Positions 19,386 to 29,219 of a stretch of DNA of 64,000 nucleotides are shown here, piece by piece. The stretch spans positions 512,001 through 576,000 of the forward strand of contig CAVQEQ010000001.1 of NCBI GenBank assembly GCA_963711565.1. Direction: 5' to 3'. The translations under genes and the position numbers were made by a program. Origin of the DNA: an uncultured delta proteobacterium (lineage in GTDB: Bacteria; Desulfobacterota; Binatia; Binatales; Binataceae). Each line of letters starts with the position of its first letter. Position 1 is the first letter of the stretch. The notes beneath the pieces were generated by a model. The model was not told where the DNA came from. It searched no databases and saw only the letters and a list, made by a program, of their open reading frames with translations.

Positions 19386-20572
19386 TCACCGCGACTTCGG
19401 CATTTTGAGGCCGCGCTCCGCGATAATGTTTTTCTGGATGTGCGACGTTCCGCCGCCGATCACCAGCCCGAGCGAGAACATCCACTCATACGGCCAGTAC
19501 GCGTGATCCAGTGCGGCTTCGTCGTCGCGCGCGAGCATCGAGTAGTCGCCCATCGCCTCCATCGCCGCGGTGGCGAGGTCGTGATTCAGCTCGGTGCCGA
19601 CCAGCTTGTTGATCATCGCCTCGACGCCGGGATTCTTGCCGCGAATCTGATCGGTAAGCTGGCGCAGCGCGTGAAAGCGTATCGCCTCGACGCGGATCTC
19701 CAGCTCGACGAGCCGTTGGCGAAATACCGGATCTTCAGTGAGCGGACGCCCGCCGCGGGTGATCGATTTGGCCAGCGCCAGCAGGCGGTTGAAGCGTTGC
19801 TCGCTGCCGCTGGCGGAACCGAGCATATTGCGCTCATGAAAGAGCGTGGCGTTGGCGACGATCCATCCCTCGTTGAGCTTGGCGACGAGATTCTTGCGCG
19901 GCACGCGGACGTTGTCGAAAAAGACCTCGTTGAAGCCGCGGTCGCCGGTCATCTGAACCAGCGGACGCACGGTGATTCCCGGCGTGCGCATGTCGATGAG
20001 GACGTACGAAATGCCGCGATGCTTGGGCGCCTCCGGGTCGGTGCGCACCAGGCAGAACATCATGTCCGCGTATTGCGCGCCCGAGGTCCAGACTTTCTGG
20101 CCGTTGACGACAAACTCGTCGCCGACGATCTCCGCGCGCGTCTTCAGCGAGGCGAGGTCGAGCCGGCGCCGGGTTCGGAATAACCCTGGCACCAGATTTC
20201 TTCGGCCGTGAGAATCTTCGGCAGGTAACGCTGCTTCTGCTCCTCGCTGCCCCACGAGATAAGGGTCGGCCCGAGCATCCCGAGTCCCGATGCGCCGACA
20301 TTGTAGGGCGCTTTCGCGCGGACCATCTCGTCGTTGACGATCGACTGGCGCACGGGATCCATCGCCTGTCCGCCGTATTCCTTCGGCCACGCGAGCGCGA
20401 CGTAGCCGGCCTCGTACAAGCGGCGCTGCCACGCTTTGGCGCGCGCGAGCCAGGTCTTGTCGTCGCGGCCCTCGCGCGTGTCGGAGAGTCCGCTGGTCGG
20501 CATGTTCTCGTCGAGCCAACTGCGCACCTTGAGTCGGAATGCTTCTTCTTCGGATGTGAATTGAAGATCCAT
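19386..20572 (-). CDS. Acyl-CoA dehydrogenase (FadE26-like), frameshifted near 20160
   Basis: MDLQFTSEEE...WCQGYSEPGAGS continues in another frame as DLASLKTRAE...NGQKVWTS...FNEVFFDNV...IGGGTSHIQKNII. Confidence 0.88.
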
Positions 20573-20702
20573 GTCGTGAGCAACTCCTGCGGTCGTGATT
20601 GCGTGATGCGCGTACCGCGGCTTCGCGCCCAGCATAGTCAAATCCGCGGCGCTGAGAAAATGGCGGATCGCACGCGATGTGCGATTGCGCTACGGATAGT
20701 CG

Positions 20703-21026
20703 ATGGTATTTACAAAGCGGCTGCGCGAGCCGGTCATGCGCGGCGAAGTCACGTGCAGCGTACGCATATGGCAAAGCCCGCACGTCAAGGTGGGAGGACA
20801 CTACCAATTGGGCGAAGGGTTCATCGAAGTGACTTCGGTCCGGCGCATCACGCTCGCGGATATCACACCCGAACTTGCGCGACGTTCGGGCTTCGCGGGT
20901 ATCGTCGATCTTCTTAAGGTCGCAAAACACGGACTTGGCGAGAACGTTTATCTGATCGACTTCGAGTATCACGCGGATGCTACACGCGGCCGGCGACCGA
21001 TTGCCCGCCGAAATCAGCGTTGTTAG
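20703..21026 (+). CDS. ASCH/PUA-like domain protein
   Basis: F....EPVMRGEVTCSVRIW, ITLADITPELARRSGF, VYLIDF pattern. Confidence 0.6.
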   Translation: MVFTKRLREPVMRGEVTCSVRIWQSPHVKVGGHYQLGEGFIEVTSVRRITLADITPELARRSGFAGIVDLLKVAKHGLGENVYLIDFEYHADATRGRRPIARRNQRC

Positions 21027-21077
21027 AGTTTGAAGTCGATCACAATCGGGATTTCTCGATAGACCGGGGTTCACCAG

Positions 21078-21908
21078 ATGGCGACGACTATCACGAGCGA
21101 ATGTATCAACTGCGGAGCGTGCGAGCCGGAGTGTCCGAACACCGCGATTTACGCGGGCGGAGTGGCCTGGGAGCTGAACGGCGCGACTAGTCCCGCGATC
21201 GCGCAGGACATCTACTACATCGTACCGTCGAAATGCACCGAATGCGTCGGCTTCCACGACCATGAAGCTTGCGCCGCGGTATGTCCGGTAGATTGCTGTA
21301 TTCCCGATCCCGCCAATCTCGAAAGCGAGGGCGTCCTGCTCCAGCGCGCCCGCGAATTGCATCCCGAGACCACGTTCCCCGACGATGCGCCGTCGCGCTT
21401 TCGCAAGGAAGGCGGCGCCGAAGCGCCCGTGGCAAATGGGGCGGCAGTCGCAGCCGCGCCAGCGCCGGCTGCACCCAAACCAGCACCTGCTCCCGTCGTT
21501 GCTGCTGCTCCTGCAGCTGCTGCGGTGAGTTCTGCGTCAAGCGCTGAGTTCAATCCGGTGGCGTGGGAAGTTCCCGTCATCTGCAAGGATTGCAATGAAC
21601 CGTGGACGATACCGTATCGGCTGTTCGAGAAGGGCGTCGTGTTCCATTGCCCCTACTGTTCGGGCTCGTACGTGCCGAAGACCGCGATGTATCGCGCGGT
21701 GAAAGAGACCTTCGAAGGCTTCTACAACCGGCGGCGCGCGGACCGCGAGGCGTTCGAGCGCAAACGCGCGCGCGAGGCGGCAGCGTTCGAAGCGAAGCAG
21801 GCGGCCGAGATGGAAGCGTTCAAGCAGAAGCTCGAAGCGCTGGCGCATTCGATGAAGCCGGCGGGCAAGCTGGTGAGGCCTACCGGCATCGCGTCGATGT
21901 TCACGTAG
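21078..21908 (+). CDS. YfhL-type 2[4Fe-4S] ferredoxin fused to a CxxC...CxxC domain and a coiled coil
   Basis: CINCGACEPECP and CTECVGFHDHEACAAVCPVDCC; Ala/Pro linker; CKDC...CPYC; E/K/A-rich tail. Confidence 0.85.
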   Translation: MATTITSECINCGACEPECPNTAIYAGGVAWELNGATSPAIAQDIYYIVPSKCTECVGFHDHEACAAVCPVDCCIPDPANLESEGVLLQRARELHPETTFPDDAPSRFRKEGGAEAPVANGAAVAAAPAPAAPKPAPAPVVAAAPAAAAVSSASSAEFNPVAWEVPVICKDCNEPWTIPYRLFEKGVVFHCPYCSGSYVPKTAMYRAVKETFEGFYNRRRADREAFERKRAREAAAFEAKQAAEMEAFKQKLEALAHSMKPAGKLVRPTGIASMFT

Positions 21909-21929
21909 GAAGCAGGAACTTGATTGAAA

Positions 21930-21986
21930 TGAAACCCGCGGTGGGTTTCAAACTTCCTTCGGCAGGGGTGACCCCTGCACCCAGTG
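21930..21986. repeat. Dispersed two-hairpin repeat family B (inverted copy)
   Basis: TGAAACCCGCGGTGGGTTTCAAACTTCCTTCGGCAGGGGTGACCCCTGCACCCAGTG. Confidence 0.85.
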
Positions 21987-22002
21987 TTAAGAGCGTTTTT
22001 GC

Positions 22003-23232
22003 CTATCCTAGCGCGGAAACCACGAACACGTAGCCGTGGCGTTTCAGGTGCTCGCGGATTGCTTCGATGTGGGCGGGCCCGCGGGTTTCCAGTTCCAGCA
22101 TCACGCGGGCGCCGCCAATCGCGACGTCGCGACGCGTGCGATCGTGATCGATCGCGCGCACGTTGGCGCCGGTCGCGGCAATGGCCGATACCAGCTTGCC
22201 GAGCTCGCCGGGGCGATCGCGCAAATCGACGGCGACTCGAAACAGCCGCCCGACCTTCACCAGTCCGTGACCGATAATCCGATCGAGCAGGTTGATGTCG
22301 ATATTCCCGCCGCTCACCACCAGCACCACTGTCTTGCCCTTCAACTTGCCCTTTAGTTTGAGCGCGCCAGCGAGCGCGGCGGCGCCCGCGCCTTCGGCGA
22401 GAAGTTTCAGCCGCTCCAGCATCAGCAGCACGGCCTCGCCGATTTCGAAATCGTCCACCGTGACGGCGCGTTTGACCCGTCCGCGCAACACCTCGAACGG
22501 AATCGCGCCGATGCGCCCGGTGGCGAGACCGTCGGCAATCGTATCGACGGGACGGCCGATCGATGCGGCCGCGTCGGCGGCAAGACTCGCTGACAGTTGC
22601 GGCGAGCCGGCAGCCTCGACGCCGATCACTTCAGCCCCGGGCGCACGAATCGCAAGCGCGGCCGCTATTCCCGCGATCAGTCCGCCGCCGCCGACCGGGA
22701 CAATCACGACATCGGGCGTGACCTCGTCGGCGATTTCCATTCCAACGGTGCCCTGCCCCGCGATCACTTCAGGATCGTCGTACGCATCGATGAAGGACGC
22801 ACTGCGTTCGGCGCACATCGTGACCGCAGCCGCGCGCGCCTCCTGGTAGTCAACGCCTTCGAGCACGACCGACTGGCCGTAGCTGCGGGTCGCGTCGATC
22901 TTGGCAATCGCGGCCGTCGTCGGCATCACAATCGTCGCGGTCACGCCCGCGCGAGTGGCGGCGTAGGCAAGCGCCTGTCCGTGATTGCCGGCGCTCGCGG
23001 CGACGACGCCGCGCAATTTCTGCTCGGCGGTGAGCGTCATGAGACGGTTGTAGGCGCCGCGAATTTTGAACGAGCCGGTCTTCTGCAGATTTTCGGGCTT
23101 GAGGAGCACGTGGGCGTTGAGGATTCGGTCGAGCGTCTCGCTGCGGATGAGCGGAGTCGGCTTGACGATGCCGGCGATACGGCCGCGCGCCGCTTGAATC
23201 TGTTCGGACATCGACGAGGTGATCGATGGCAT
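22003..23232 (-). CDS. ilvA: Threonine ammonia-lyase with C-terminal ACT domain
   Basis: KPENLQKTGSFKIRGA, ASAGNHGQ, VPVGGGGL, SGGNID; ACT DRPGEL...LETRG. Confidence 0.88.
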   Translation of the reverse strand: MPSITSSMSEQIQAARGRIAGIVKPTPLIRSETLDRILNAHVLLKPENLQKTGSFKIRGAYNRLMTLTAEQKLRGVVAASAGNHGQALAYAATRAGVTATIVMPTTAAIAKIDATRSYGQSVVLEGVDYQEARAAAVTMCAERSASFIDAYDDPEVIAGQGTVGMEIADEVTPDVVIVPVGGGGLIAGIAAALAIRAPGAEVIGVEAAGSPQLSASLAADAAASIGRPVDTIADGLATGRIGAIPFEVLRGRVKRAVTVDDFEIGEAVLLMLERLKLLAEGAGAAALAGALKLKGKLKGKTVVLVVSGGNIDINLLDRIIGHGLVKVGRLFRVAVDLRDRPGELGKLVSAIAATGANVRAIDHDRTRRDVAIGGARVMLELETRGPAHIEAIREHLKRHGYVFVVSALG

Positions 23233-23241
23233 CGCTGTGAT

Positions 23242-23592
23242 CTAATGACGAGCGGGCGGAGTGAATTGGCGCGGGGTTATCGGCCCGAAAGAATCGCCCT
23301 CGAAATCGATTTGCGTGCAGGCGCCGGTCTTGTAGTCGAGATCGAGCAGGAGGTTTCGGATGGCGCGCCGCTTGATCGACGCGATCAGGGTGGCGACCGC
23401 CTGAGGATCGTCAGTCGAGATTGCGGCGACTTCGGCGGCGTCGAGATTGCTGGTGCGGCAGAACTCGCGCGCCTTATCCTCGCTCGAGAAGGCGAGCACT
23501 CCCGCCCACGTCGCGCCTTTTTCCTGAAAGACGATTAGAGCACCTGCGGAATCAAGCAGCAGATGCAACTCCCTGGGGATCGCGGAACTCAC
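23242..23592 (-). CDS. Hypothetical protein (weakly SseB/DUF3110-like)
   Basis: Overlaps the upstream ORF stop (GTGA); motif VLAFSSEDKAREF. Confidence 0.6.
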   Translation of the reverse strand: MSSAIPRELHLLLDSAGALIVFQEKGATWAGVLAFSSEDKAREFCRTSNLDAAEVAAISTDDPQAVATLIASIKRRAIRNLLLDLDYKTGACTQIDFEGDSFGPITPRQFTPPARH

Positions 23593-23927
23593 GCGCCTTC
23601 GACCGTGAGCTTACCCGTGCGAATTGCCGCCGCGCGCTCGCGAACGAGGGCGGGATAGGTGTAATAGTGGTCGCCGCTCAGATGGAGGAACGAATCGATA
23701 TCCACGTCTTCGAGCTCCAGTTCCGCAATCGTGCGCTCGGCGGATTTGCGGTCCGGAGCTTTGACGATCGAATCGTAAAGTGCGCGGCCTTGCGCGGACT
23801 GGAAGTCCTCGCGCGGCGGTAGTCCGTCGGCGCCCAGTTTACCCGCGTGAAAGTTGTCCAAAATGAAGCGGAGCGCCTTCAGTTCGTGGCGCAGGATGTC
23901 GATAGATTTTAGCGAATCGCGTGGCAT
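23589..23927 (-). CDS. Hypothetical protein (weak resemblance to DnaB N-terminal domain)
   Basis: ELKALRFIL...EDFQS..GRALYDSI; coupled to the next ORF. Confidence 0.6.
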   Translation of the reverse strand: MPRDSLKSIDILRHELKALRFILDNFHAGKLGADGLPPREDFQSAQGRALYDSIVKAPDRKSAERTIAELELEDVDIDSFLHLSGDHYYTYPALVRERAAAIRTGKLTVEGA

Positions 23928-24005
23928 ATTCGCGAGCTTATCGCCGCGAGTCGCGCCGATTCAACCCGCGGCGGCGCGAGCGCAGTGAAAGTGCGTCCCG
24001 CGCGA

Positions 24006-24842
24006 TCAGTCGCCTTTGATCAGACGATGGATGGCGCTCAGGTGGCGCTGCGAGTCGCGTTTGCGGCCCATCGCTTCGTACATCTCGGCGGCGTTGCGAT
24101 GCGCCTCGACGTTGGCGGGATCGCATTCGAGCGTGCGCTGAAAACTGCGCAGCGCGTTTTGATGCTCGTCCTTCTTGCGATAGAGCAGGCCGAGCTTCAG
24201 GTGCACGTCGGCGCTGGCCGGAACGATCGCGGCCGCGCCGAGCAGATGGCGCAGCGCGCCGGCGAGATCGCCCTCGCGTTCGAGCAGCGTGGCGAGGCGC
24301 GTGTGCGCCTCGAAATTGCCGGGCTCCCGGCCGACCAGCTCGCTGTAGATGGTGAGCGCCTTGAGCGGATCCTCGTCGGCGACGCGGCGCGCTTCTTCGA
24401 AACGTTCGCGCACGCGCGCGGGACCGAAGCCGTCCTCGACCTTGCCGCGCTGATAGCTGCGCTCGAAATCGAAAATCAACTGACCGGTCTCTGCTTCTAT
24501 TAGCACAGGACCGTCGCGCACGACGATGCGGCCTTCGTCGTTGACGAGTTTCAGCGAGGTGACCGAGCGATCGGGATCGACCAGCGTGCGCACCCGCTCG
24601 ATAGTTCGCTGGATCGGATCGATATGCTGGCGGGTGCCGAGCAATTCCTTCGCCATGCGCATCTCGAGCAGGTCATTGAACGCGAAGCGATAGTTGCGGC
24701 CGCCCAGATTCAGCGGACGCACGAGATTGCGCTTGACCCAATAGCGAATGCGCTCAGGCGTGACCGCGAGAATCCTCGCAGCCGTACGCGTGGAAAAAGT
24801 CTCGCCCCCGCCGCCCGCCTCTGCCGTCATCTTCACCACCAA
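24006..24842 (-). CDS. MerR-type HTH protein with TPR repeats
   Basis: FSTRTAARILAVTPERIRYWVKRNLV..YRFAFNDL; C-terminal TPRs (HLKLGLLY...AHRNAAEMY). Confidence 0.8.
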   Translation of the reverse strand: MVVKMTAEAGGGGETFSTRTAARILAVTPERIRYWVKRNLVRPLNLGGRNYRFAFNDLLEMRMAKELLGTRQHIDPIQRTIERVRTLVDPDRSVTSLKLVNDEGRIVVRDGPVLIEAETGQLIFDFERSYQRGKVEDGFGPARVRERFEEARRVADEDPLKALTIYSELVGREPGNFEAHTRLATLLEREGDLAGALRHLLGAAAIVPASADVHLKLGLLYRKKDEHQNALRSFQRTLECDPANVEAHRNAAEMYEAMGRKRDSQRHLSAIHRLIKGD

Positions 24843-24923
24843 CGTCGAAGAGTATAAGCAGTCGAGCGCATGCTCTCAACGAGGCGCGGCGCGGTTTCTC
24901 AACACCTGTGGAGCGCTGGCGAG

Positions 24924-25337
24924 TTAGCCGCGAATTTCTTTGAGTATGCGCGCGACGCTGACGACTGCGTTGACGCCGTTCTTCGCGTTCTCAATGCGCG
25001 CAACGGCCTGCTCATCGGTCATCGCGGGTCCGATGATCGAGAGGCCGACGGGCTTGTCGAATTCGAGCGCAAGCTCGATGCCGGCGCGGGCGATCGCATG
25101 CGCGATCACTTCATCGTGATTAGTCTCGCCCTTGATGACAGCGCCAATCATCACGACGCCTTCGATTTCCTTGCACTGCAGCAGGGCTTTCACGACCGGC
25201 GCCATGTCGTAAACGCCGGGGACATGGACCACGCGCGCAACTTCGACGCCGAGCGACTCGGCCTCGCGGCGCGCCCGCTGTTCCATCGGGGTGGTCACTT
25301 CGGAGTTGAACTCCGAAACTACGAACGCGATTTTCAT
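24924..25337 (-). CDS. ribH: 6,7-dimethyl-8-ribityllumazine synthase (archaeal-like)
   Basis: [38 protein letters not shown]. Confidence 0.88.
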   Translation of the reverse strand: MKIAFVVSEFNSEVTTPMEQRARREAESLGVEVARVVHVPGVYDMAPVVKALLQCKEIEGVVMIGAVIKGETNHDEVIAHAIARAGIELALEFDKPVGLSIIGPAMTDEQAVARIENAKNGVNAVVSVARILKEIRG

Positions 25338-26137
25338 CGAGCGCTCGCCAGGTCAACCGAGACAGCGTCGCGAATCTCGACGCCGTTGCTTTTGAGATAC
25401 GACTTCAGCGCGGGAATCGGATGCTCCCCGTAGTGAACGATCGACGCGACGATCGCGGCGTCCGCCATGCCGGTCGTGAACGCATCGCGCAGATGGGCGG
25501 GCTCGCCCGCGCCGCCGGATGCAATCACCGGGATCGAAACTGCTTCGCTGATGCGGCGCGTGATTTCGAGATCGTAGCCGAGCTTAGTGCCGTCGCGATC
25601 GATCGAGTTGATGCACAGCTCGCCGGCGCCGAGCCGCTCGCCCTCGAGCGACCATGCCAACGCGTCGCGGCCGGTGGGTTGGCGTCCGCCGTCGATCACG
25701 ACTTCGTAACCGGTCGGTACTTGCGCACGCGCGCCGGTCTTTTTCACTTGCATCGAGAGCACGATGCACTGGCTGCCGAACGCGCGCGCACCCTCCGAGA
25801 TGATTGCGGGATTGCGCACCGCGCCGGAGTCGATCGAAACTTTCTCAGCGCCCGCGAGCAGGACGGCGCGCATGTCCTCGAGAGTGCGCAGTCCGCCGCC
25901 GACGCTGAACGGAATGAAAATCTCGCGTGCTACCGCGCGCACCACGTCGAGCATGATACCGCGACGCTCGTTGGACGCCGTGATGTCGTAGAAAACGATC
26001 TCGTCGGCCCCCTCTTTATAGTAGTAGCGTGCCATCGCGACCGGATCGCCGACATCGACGTTCTCGAGGAACTGCACGCCCTTGGTGACTTTGCCGTCAC
26101 GGACGTCGAGGCAGGGGATGATTCGTTTCGCGAGCAT
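25334..26137 (-). CDS. hisF: Imidazole glycerol phosphate synthase cyclase subunit
   Basis: [42 protein letters not shown]. Confidence 0.96.
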   Translation of the reverse strand: MLAKRIIPCLDVRDGKVTKGVQFLENVDVGDPVAMARYYYKEGADEIVFYDITASNERRGIMLDVVRAVAREIFIPFSVGGGLRTLEDMRAVLLAGAEKVSIDSGAVRNPAIISEGARAFGSQCIVLSMQVKKTGARAQVPTGYEVVIDGGRQPTGRDALAWSLEGERLGAGELCINSIDRDGTKLGYDLEITRRISEAVSIPVIASGGAGEPAHLRDAFTTGMADAAIVASIVHYGEHPIPALKSYLKSNGVEIRDAVSVDLASAR

Positions 26138-26139
26138 CG

Positions 26140-26760
26140 TCAGCCACTCAGCCGGCAGAAGTTGTCAAGCAGCTTGAGGCCGGCAGTGCCGCTCTTTTCG
26201 AGATGGAACTGCGTCGCTATCACGTTGTCGCGCGCGACCGCGGCGGTGAACGGCACGCCGTAGTCGCACGCGCCAATCGCGAGCGCAGGGTCGTCAGGAA
26301 TCGGATAGTACGAATTGACGAAATAGAAGTGCGTGTTGTCGGGCACGCCCGCGAAGACTGGATGCGCCCGCGTCTGGCGCACGCGGTTCCATCCGATTTG
26401 CGGGACCTTGAGCGGACGGCCGTCGATCGAGCGCGGATAGCGCGCGACGCGGCCCGCGATGATGCCGAGGCATTCAGCGCTATCCTCCTCGCTGCGATCG
26501 AGCAACACCTGGATGCCGATGCAGATGCCGAGGAATGGCTTGCCGGCGCGGGCAACGTCGTTGCGCAGGACGTCGACGAGTCCAAGCGCGCGCAGATTTT
26601 CCATCGTGGCGCCGGCCGCTCCGACGCCCGGCAGAATCACGCGATCGGCGGCAACGATGCGCTCGGCGCGATCCGTAATCTCGGATTTGTGGCCGAGGAA
26701 TTCCAGCGCGCGCTGAACGCTGGTGAGGTTGCCGGCCTTGTAGTCGACGATTGCTATCAT
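26140..26760 (-). CDS. hisH: Imidazole glycerol phosphate synthase glutamine amidotransferase subunit
   Basis: [30 protein letters not shown]. Confidence 0.95.
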   Translation of the reverse strand: MIAIVDYKAGNLTSVQRALEFLGHKSEITDRAERIVAADRVILPGVGAAGATMENLRALGLVDVLRNDVARAGKPFLGICIGIQVLLDRSEEDSAECLGIIAGRVARYPRSIDGRPLKVPQIGWNRVRQTRAHPVFAGVPDNTHFYFVNSYYPIPDDPALAIGACDYGVPFTAAVARDNVIATQFHLEKSGTAGLKLLDNFCRLSG

Positions 26761-26849
26761 CGCTTTAATCCAGAGAAGCGATCATAGCTGGTGTCGCATC
26801 GCTACCCAAGGCGTAGCGGCGCGGGTGAGGGCGGAGTCGGGGTCGCGCG

Positions 26850-27002
26850 TGAACCTCTCCCCTGACCCCTCTCCCTTCAGGAGAGGGGAACCAGAGGACG
26901 CGCGCTCACTTTCCTCCTCTCCCATGCTGGCAGAGGGGGGGGAAAGCCGGGATTCTTCGCTCCGCAGACTCCGCTCTGAATGACACAGGGATGGGAGAGG
27001 TA
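26850..27002. repeat. Cluster of REP-like elements: family A copies plus a GATTCTTCGC...GAATGACA element
   Basis: 26850-26906 is a near-perfect reverse complement of 5689-5746. Further hairpins at about 26914-26942 and 26951-26985. Confidence 0.75.
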
Positions 27003-27007
27003 GGCAC

Positions 27008-29050
27008 TCAGATTTCGGCGCGGATGTCGCGCTGGTCGGAGAGCACCCGCACGTTTACGTGATGCTCTTCCGAGTCGCCGAGCGATCCCCAGTGCATCGC
27101 GAAGTTCTCGAGCTGAACGTCGGGGTTGAAGCGTTCCGACGCGCCCATCACGACTTCATCGACGCTGAGCAGAAATGCCATGCGCGCGATCGCATAGATC
27201 TGATCGTTGGATACAACCACCAGCGGCGTGACGGCGCGGCCGTGATCCTCGCAAACCTTGACGACCCTGCTGAACAATTTTTCTTCGGCATCGCTGAAAA
27301 TCTGGCCGCCGTCGCTCGACGCGAGTCCCTTTTCGGTTCTCACGGTCAGCGCAATCAGCTCGGCGTCATCGCGCTCAGACAAGTAGCGATGGAGATGTGT
27401 GAGATTGTTGGGGTCGCGGATCGCAATCAGCTTCTTGGTCGGCGCAAACAGGCCGAGACCGATGGAATCGACCTGGCTCTCGTCGATCAGTTGCAGATTG
27501 AACTTCTCGGGTTCCTCGCCATACGCGTGCGCGACCTGCCCGTTGATCCTTTCCGAAATCTCGAAAATCACGAACAGCGCGAGCGTGAAGCTGACGCCGG
27601 AGATGGTCGCGACCTGCTTGGTGAACAGGTTGATCACCGCGGTCGCGAACAGAATCGTAAACGTCAGCGCGAGGCCGAGCGGAAAATCCTTGCCGCCGGG
27701 ATGGAACCATTTCAGATTCAGCGGCATCCGCCACAAGCGATGGTACTTGTCCTTGTAGCGCAGAATCAGCACCGACAACGTTTTGAAAACGAAACTCCAG
27801 ATGACGCCGAAGGCGTACGCCTCGCCCAGCACGAACATGTCACCGCGCGAGAGAACAATGGTAGCGATTTGCAGCATCGCGACCATGTTCACGATGCGAT
27901 AATTCGTGCCGTATTTTTTGTGCGGGTGGCGGAACCAGTCGAGCAGCACGCCGTCTTCCGCGACGCGGGTCAGCACGCCGGTCGAACCGACGATTGCGGT
28001 ATTGACGGCGCCGGCAAGAATCAGGAAACCGACGAACACCACGAACGCCCGCAGCGCGAGGCGCGCCCACAACGGCCCCACCACGAACATCGCGAGCCCG
28101 CCGATCAGATCGTCGCCATAATTGGACATCCGGACGCTGTCCGGAATGATCATTACCGCGAAAAACGACACCAGCGAGGTCAGTAGCAGGCTGTAAATGA
28201 AAATGACCATGCCGGCGCGCAGGAGATTCTTGAGCTTGGGCGCCTCGATCTCGCGATTGATTTGTGCGAGTGATTCTTCACCCGACATGGCGAGGATCGA
28301 ATGGCCGAACGCTATCAGAATTCCCAAAGTGCCGATGGTGCGCGCACCCGGAAAGTGTTTGAGCCATCCCAGCGAGTCGTTGGTGAACTTCAATTCGAAC
28401 GGCGGCAGATGCGCCCCGCGCGTGTAAATCGTCAGCCCGCACCACCCGATCATGAGCACGGCCATTACGGTCGTGATCTGCATGATTCGCATCGCCTTGC
28501 CGCTGGATTCCTCGATGCCGAGAATATTCTGGCGCCAGAAATATATCGTCACCGCGATGGCGAAGAAGGCGGCGGTGAAGTCGGGCGGCAGTATAATGGA
28601 GGAGTGCGCGAGCTTGAGCAGTTCGTTGATCAATCCGACCAGGTATTGCCCGGCCGACACGCCGCTTATGGGTCCGGTCAGGATGTAGTCGAACATCAGG
28701 GCCGACACCGAAATTTTCGCCAGCGTCGAGCCCATCGCCTCTTTGACAACGCGATAGACGCCGCCGCGCGTGAACATCGAGCACGATTCGACGTACACGG
28801 CGCGCACCGCGTACGAGAACAGCATGACCGCGAGAATGAAGTACGGCGCTGAGCGGCCGCACGCCGTCTCGACGATGCCCCCGATGTAGTAGGCGGAGGA
28901 CGCGAGATCGCATAGCACGACCGCCGACGCTCTCCAGAAGGAGATGAAGGCGAGCATCCCGGTGGTAACTACGATTGCTTTGGTTTGTTTGCCGAAGGTC
29001 GCCTGCGGCTGAACCCGCTCGGCGCCAACAATTTTTGGAGTCGCTGCCAA
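27008..29050 (-). CDS. APC family transporter with cytoplasmic C-terminal domain (KimA/YdaO-like)
   Basis: About 12 TM helices; CDLASSAYY, GGVYRVVK, FDYILTGPISG, LAMSGEESLAQ, AYAFGVIWSF; USP-like C-terminus. Confidence 0.85.
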   Translation of the reverse strand: MAATPKIVGAERVQPQATFGKQTKAIVVTTGMLAFISFWRASAVVLCDLASSAYYIGGIVETACGRSAPYFILAVMLFSYAVRAVYVESCSMFTRGGVYRVVKEAMGSTLAKISVSALMFDYILTGPISGVSAGQYLVGLINELLKLAHSSIILPPDFTAAFFAIAVTIYFWRQNILGIEESSGKAMRIMQITTVMAVLMIGWCGLTIYTRGAHLPPFELKFTNDSLGWLKHFPGARTIGTLGILIAFGHSILAMSGEESLAQINREIEAPKLKNLLRAGMVIFIYSLLLTSLVSFFAVMIIPDSVRMSNYGDDLIGGLAMFVVGPLWARLALRAFVVFVGFLILAGAVNTAIVGSTGVLTRVAEDGVLLDWFRHPHKKYGTNYRIVNMVAMLQIATIVLSRGDMFVLGEAYAFGVIWSFVFKTLSVLILRYKDKYHRLWRMPLNLKWFHPGGKDFPLGLALTFTILFATAVINLFTKQVATISGVSFTLALFVIFEISERINGQVAHAYGEEPEKFNLQLIDESQVDSIGLGLFAPTKKLIAIRDPNNLTHLHRYLSERDDAELIALTVRTEKGLASSDGGQIFSDAEEKLFSRVVKVCEDHGRAVTPLVVVSNDQIYAIARMAFLLSVDEVVMGASERFNPDVQLENFAMHWGSLGDSEEHHVNVRVLSDQRDIRAEI

Positions 29051-29104
29051 GTATGAATCTCCCGAGCAAACGCCGAAAACATCAGCGATGCAGGGATTTC
29101 AAGG

Positions 29105-29120
29105 TGCAAGATGCAGACCG
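29105..29120 (-). promoter_or_regulatory. Candidate sigma54 promoter for the APC transporter
   Basis: Minus strand CGGTCTGCATCTTGCA = GG-N10-GC, about 55 bp upstream of the start. Confidence 0.55.
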
Positions 29121-29195
29121 CAATGATTAGGCGTGACCTGATTGTGATTCGTAAATTCGGACCTGCGAACGGCAATGCGTCAAGCAGTTGGTGCC

Positions 29196-29219
29196 GTGCA
29201 ATTTGCAATAGGATGCAAT
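29196..29219. promoter_or_regulatory. Candidate enhancer (bEBP binding site)
   Basis: GTGCAATTTGCAATAGGATGCAAT: three TGCAAT half-sites about 80-100 bp upstream of the -24 element. Confidence 0.45.

Noticed and set aside
19386-21362. 658-aa ORF as a single protein
   Set aside because: The N-terminal part is antisense to real genes; only the portion below about 20160 is ACAD.
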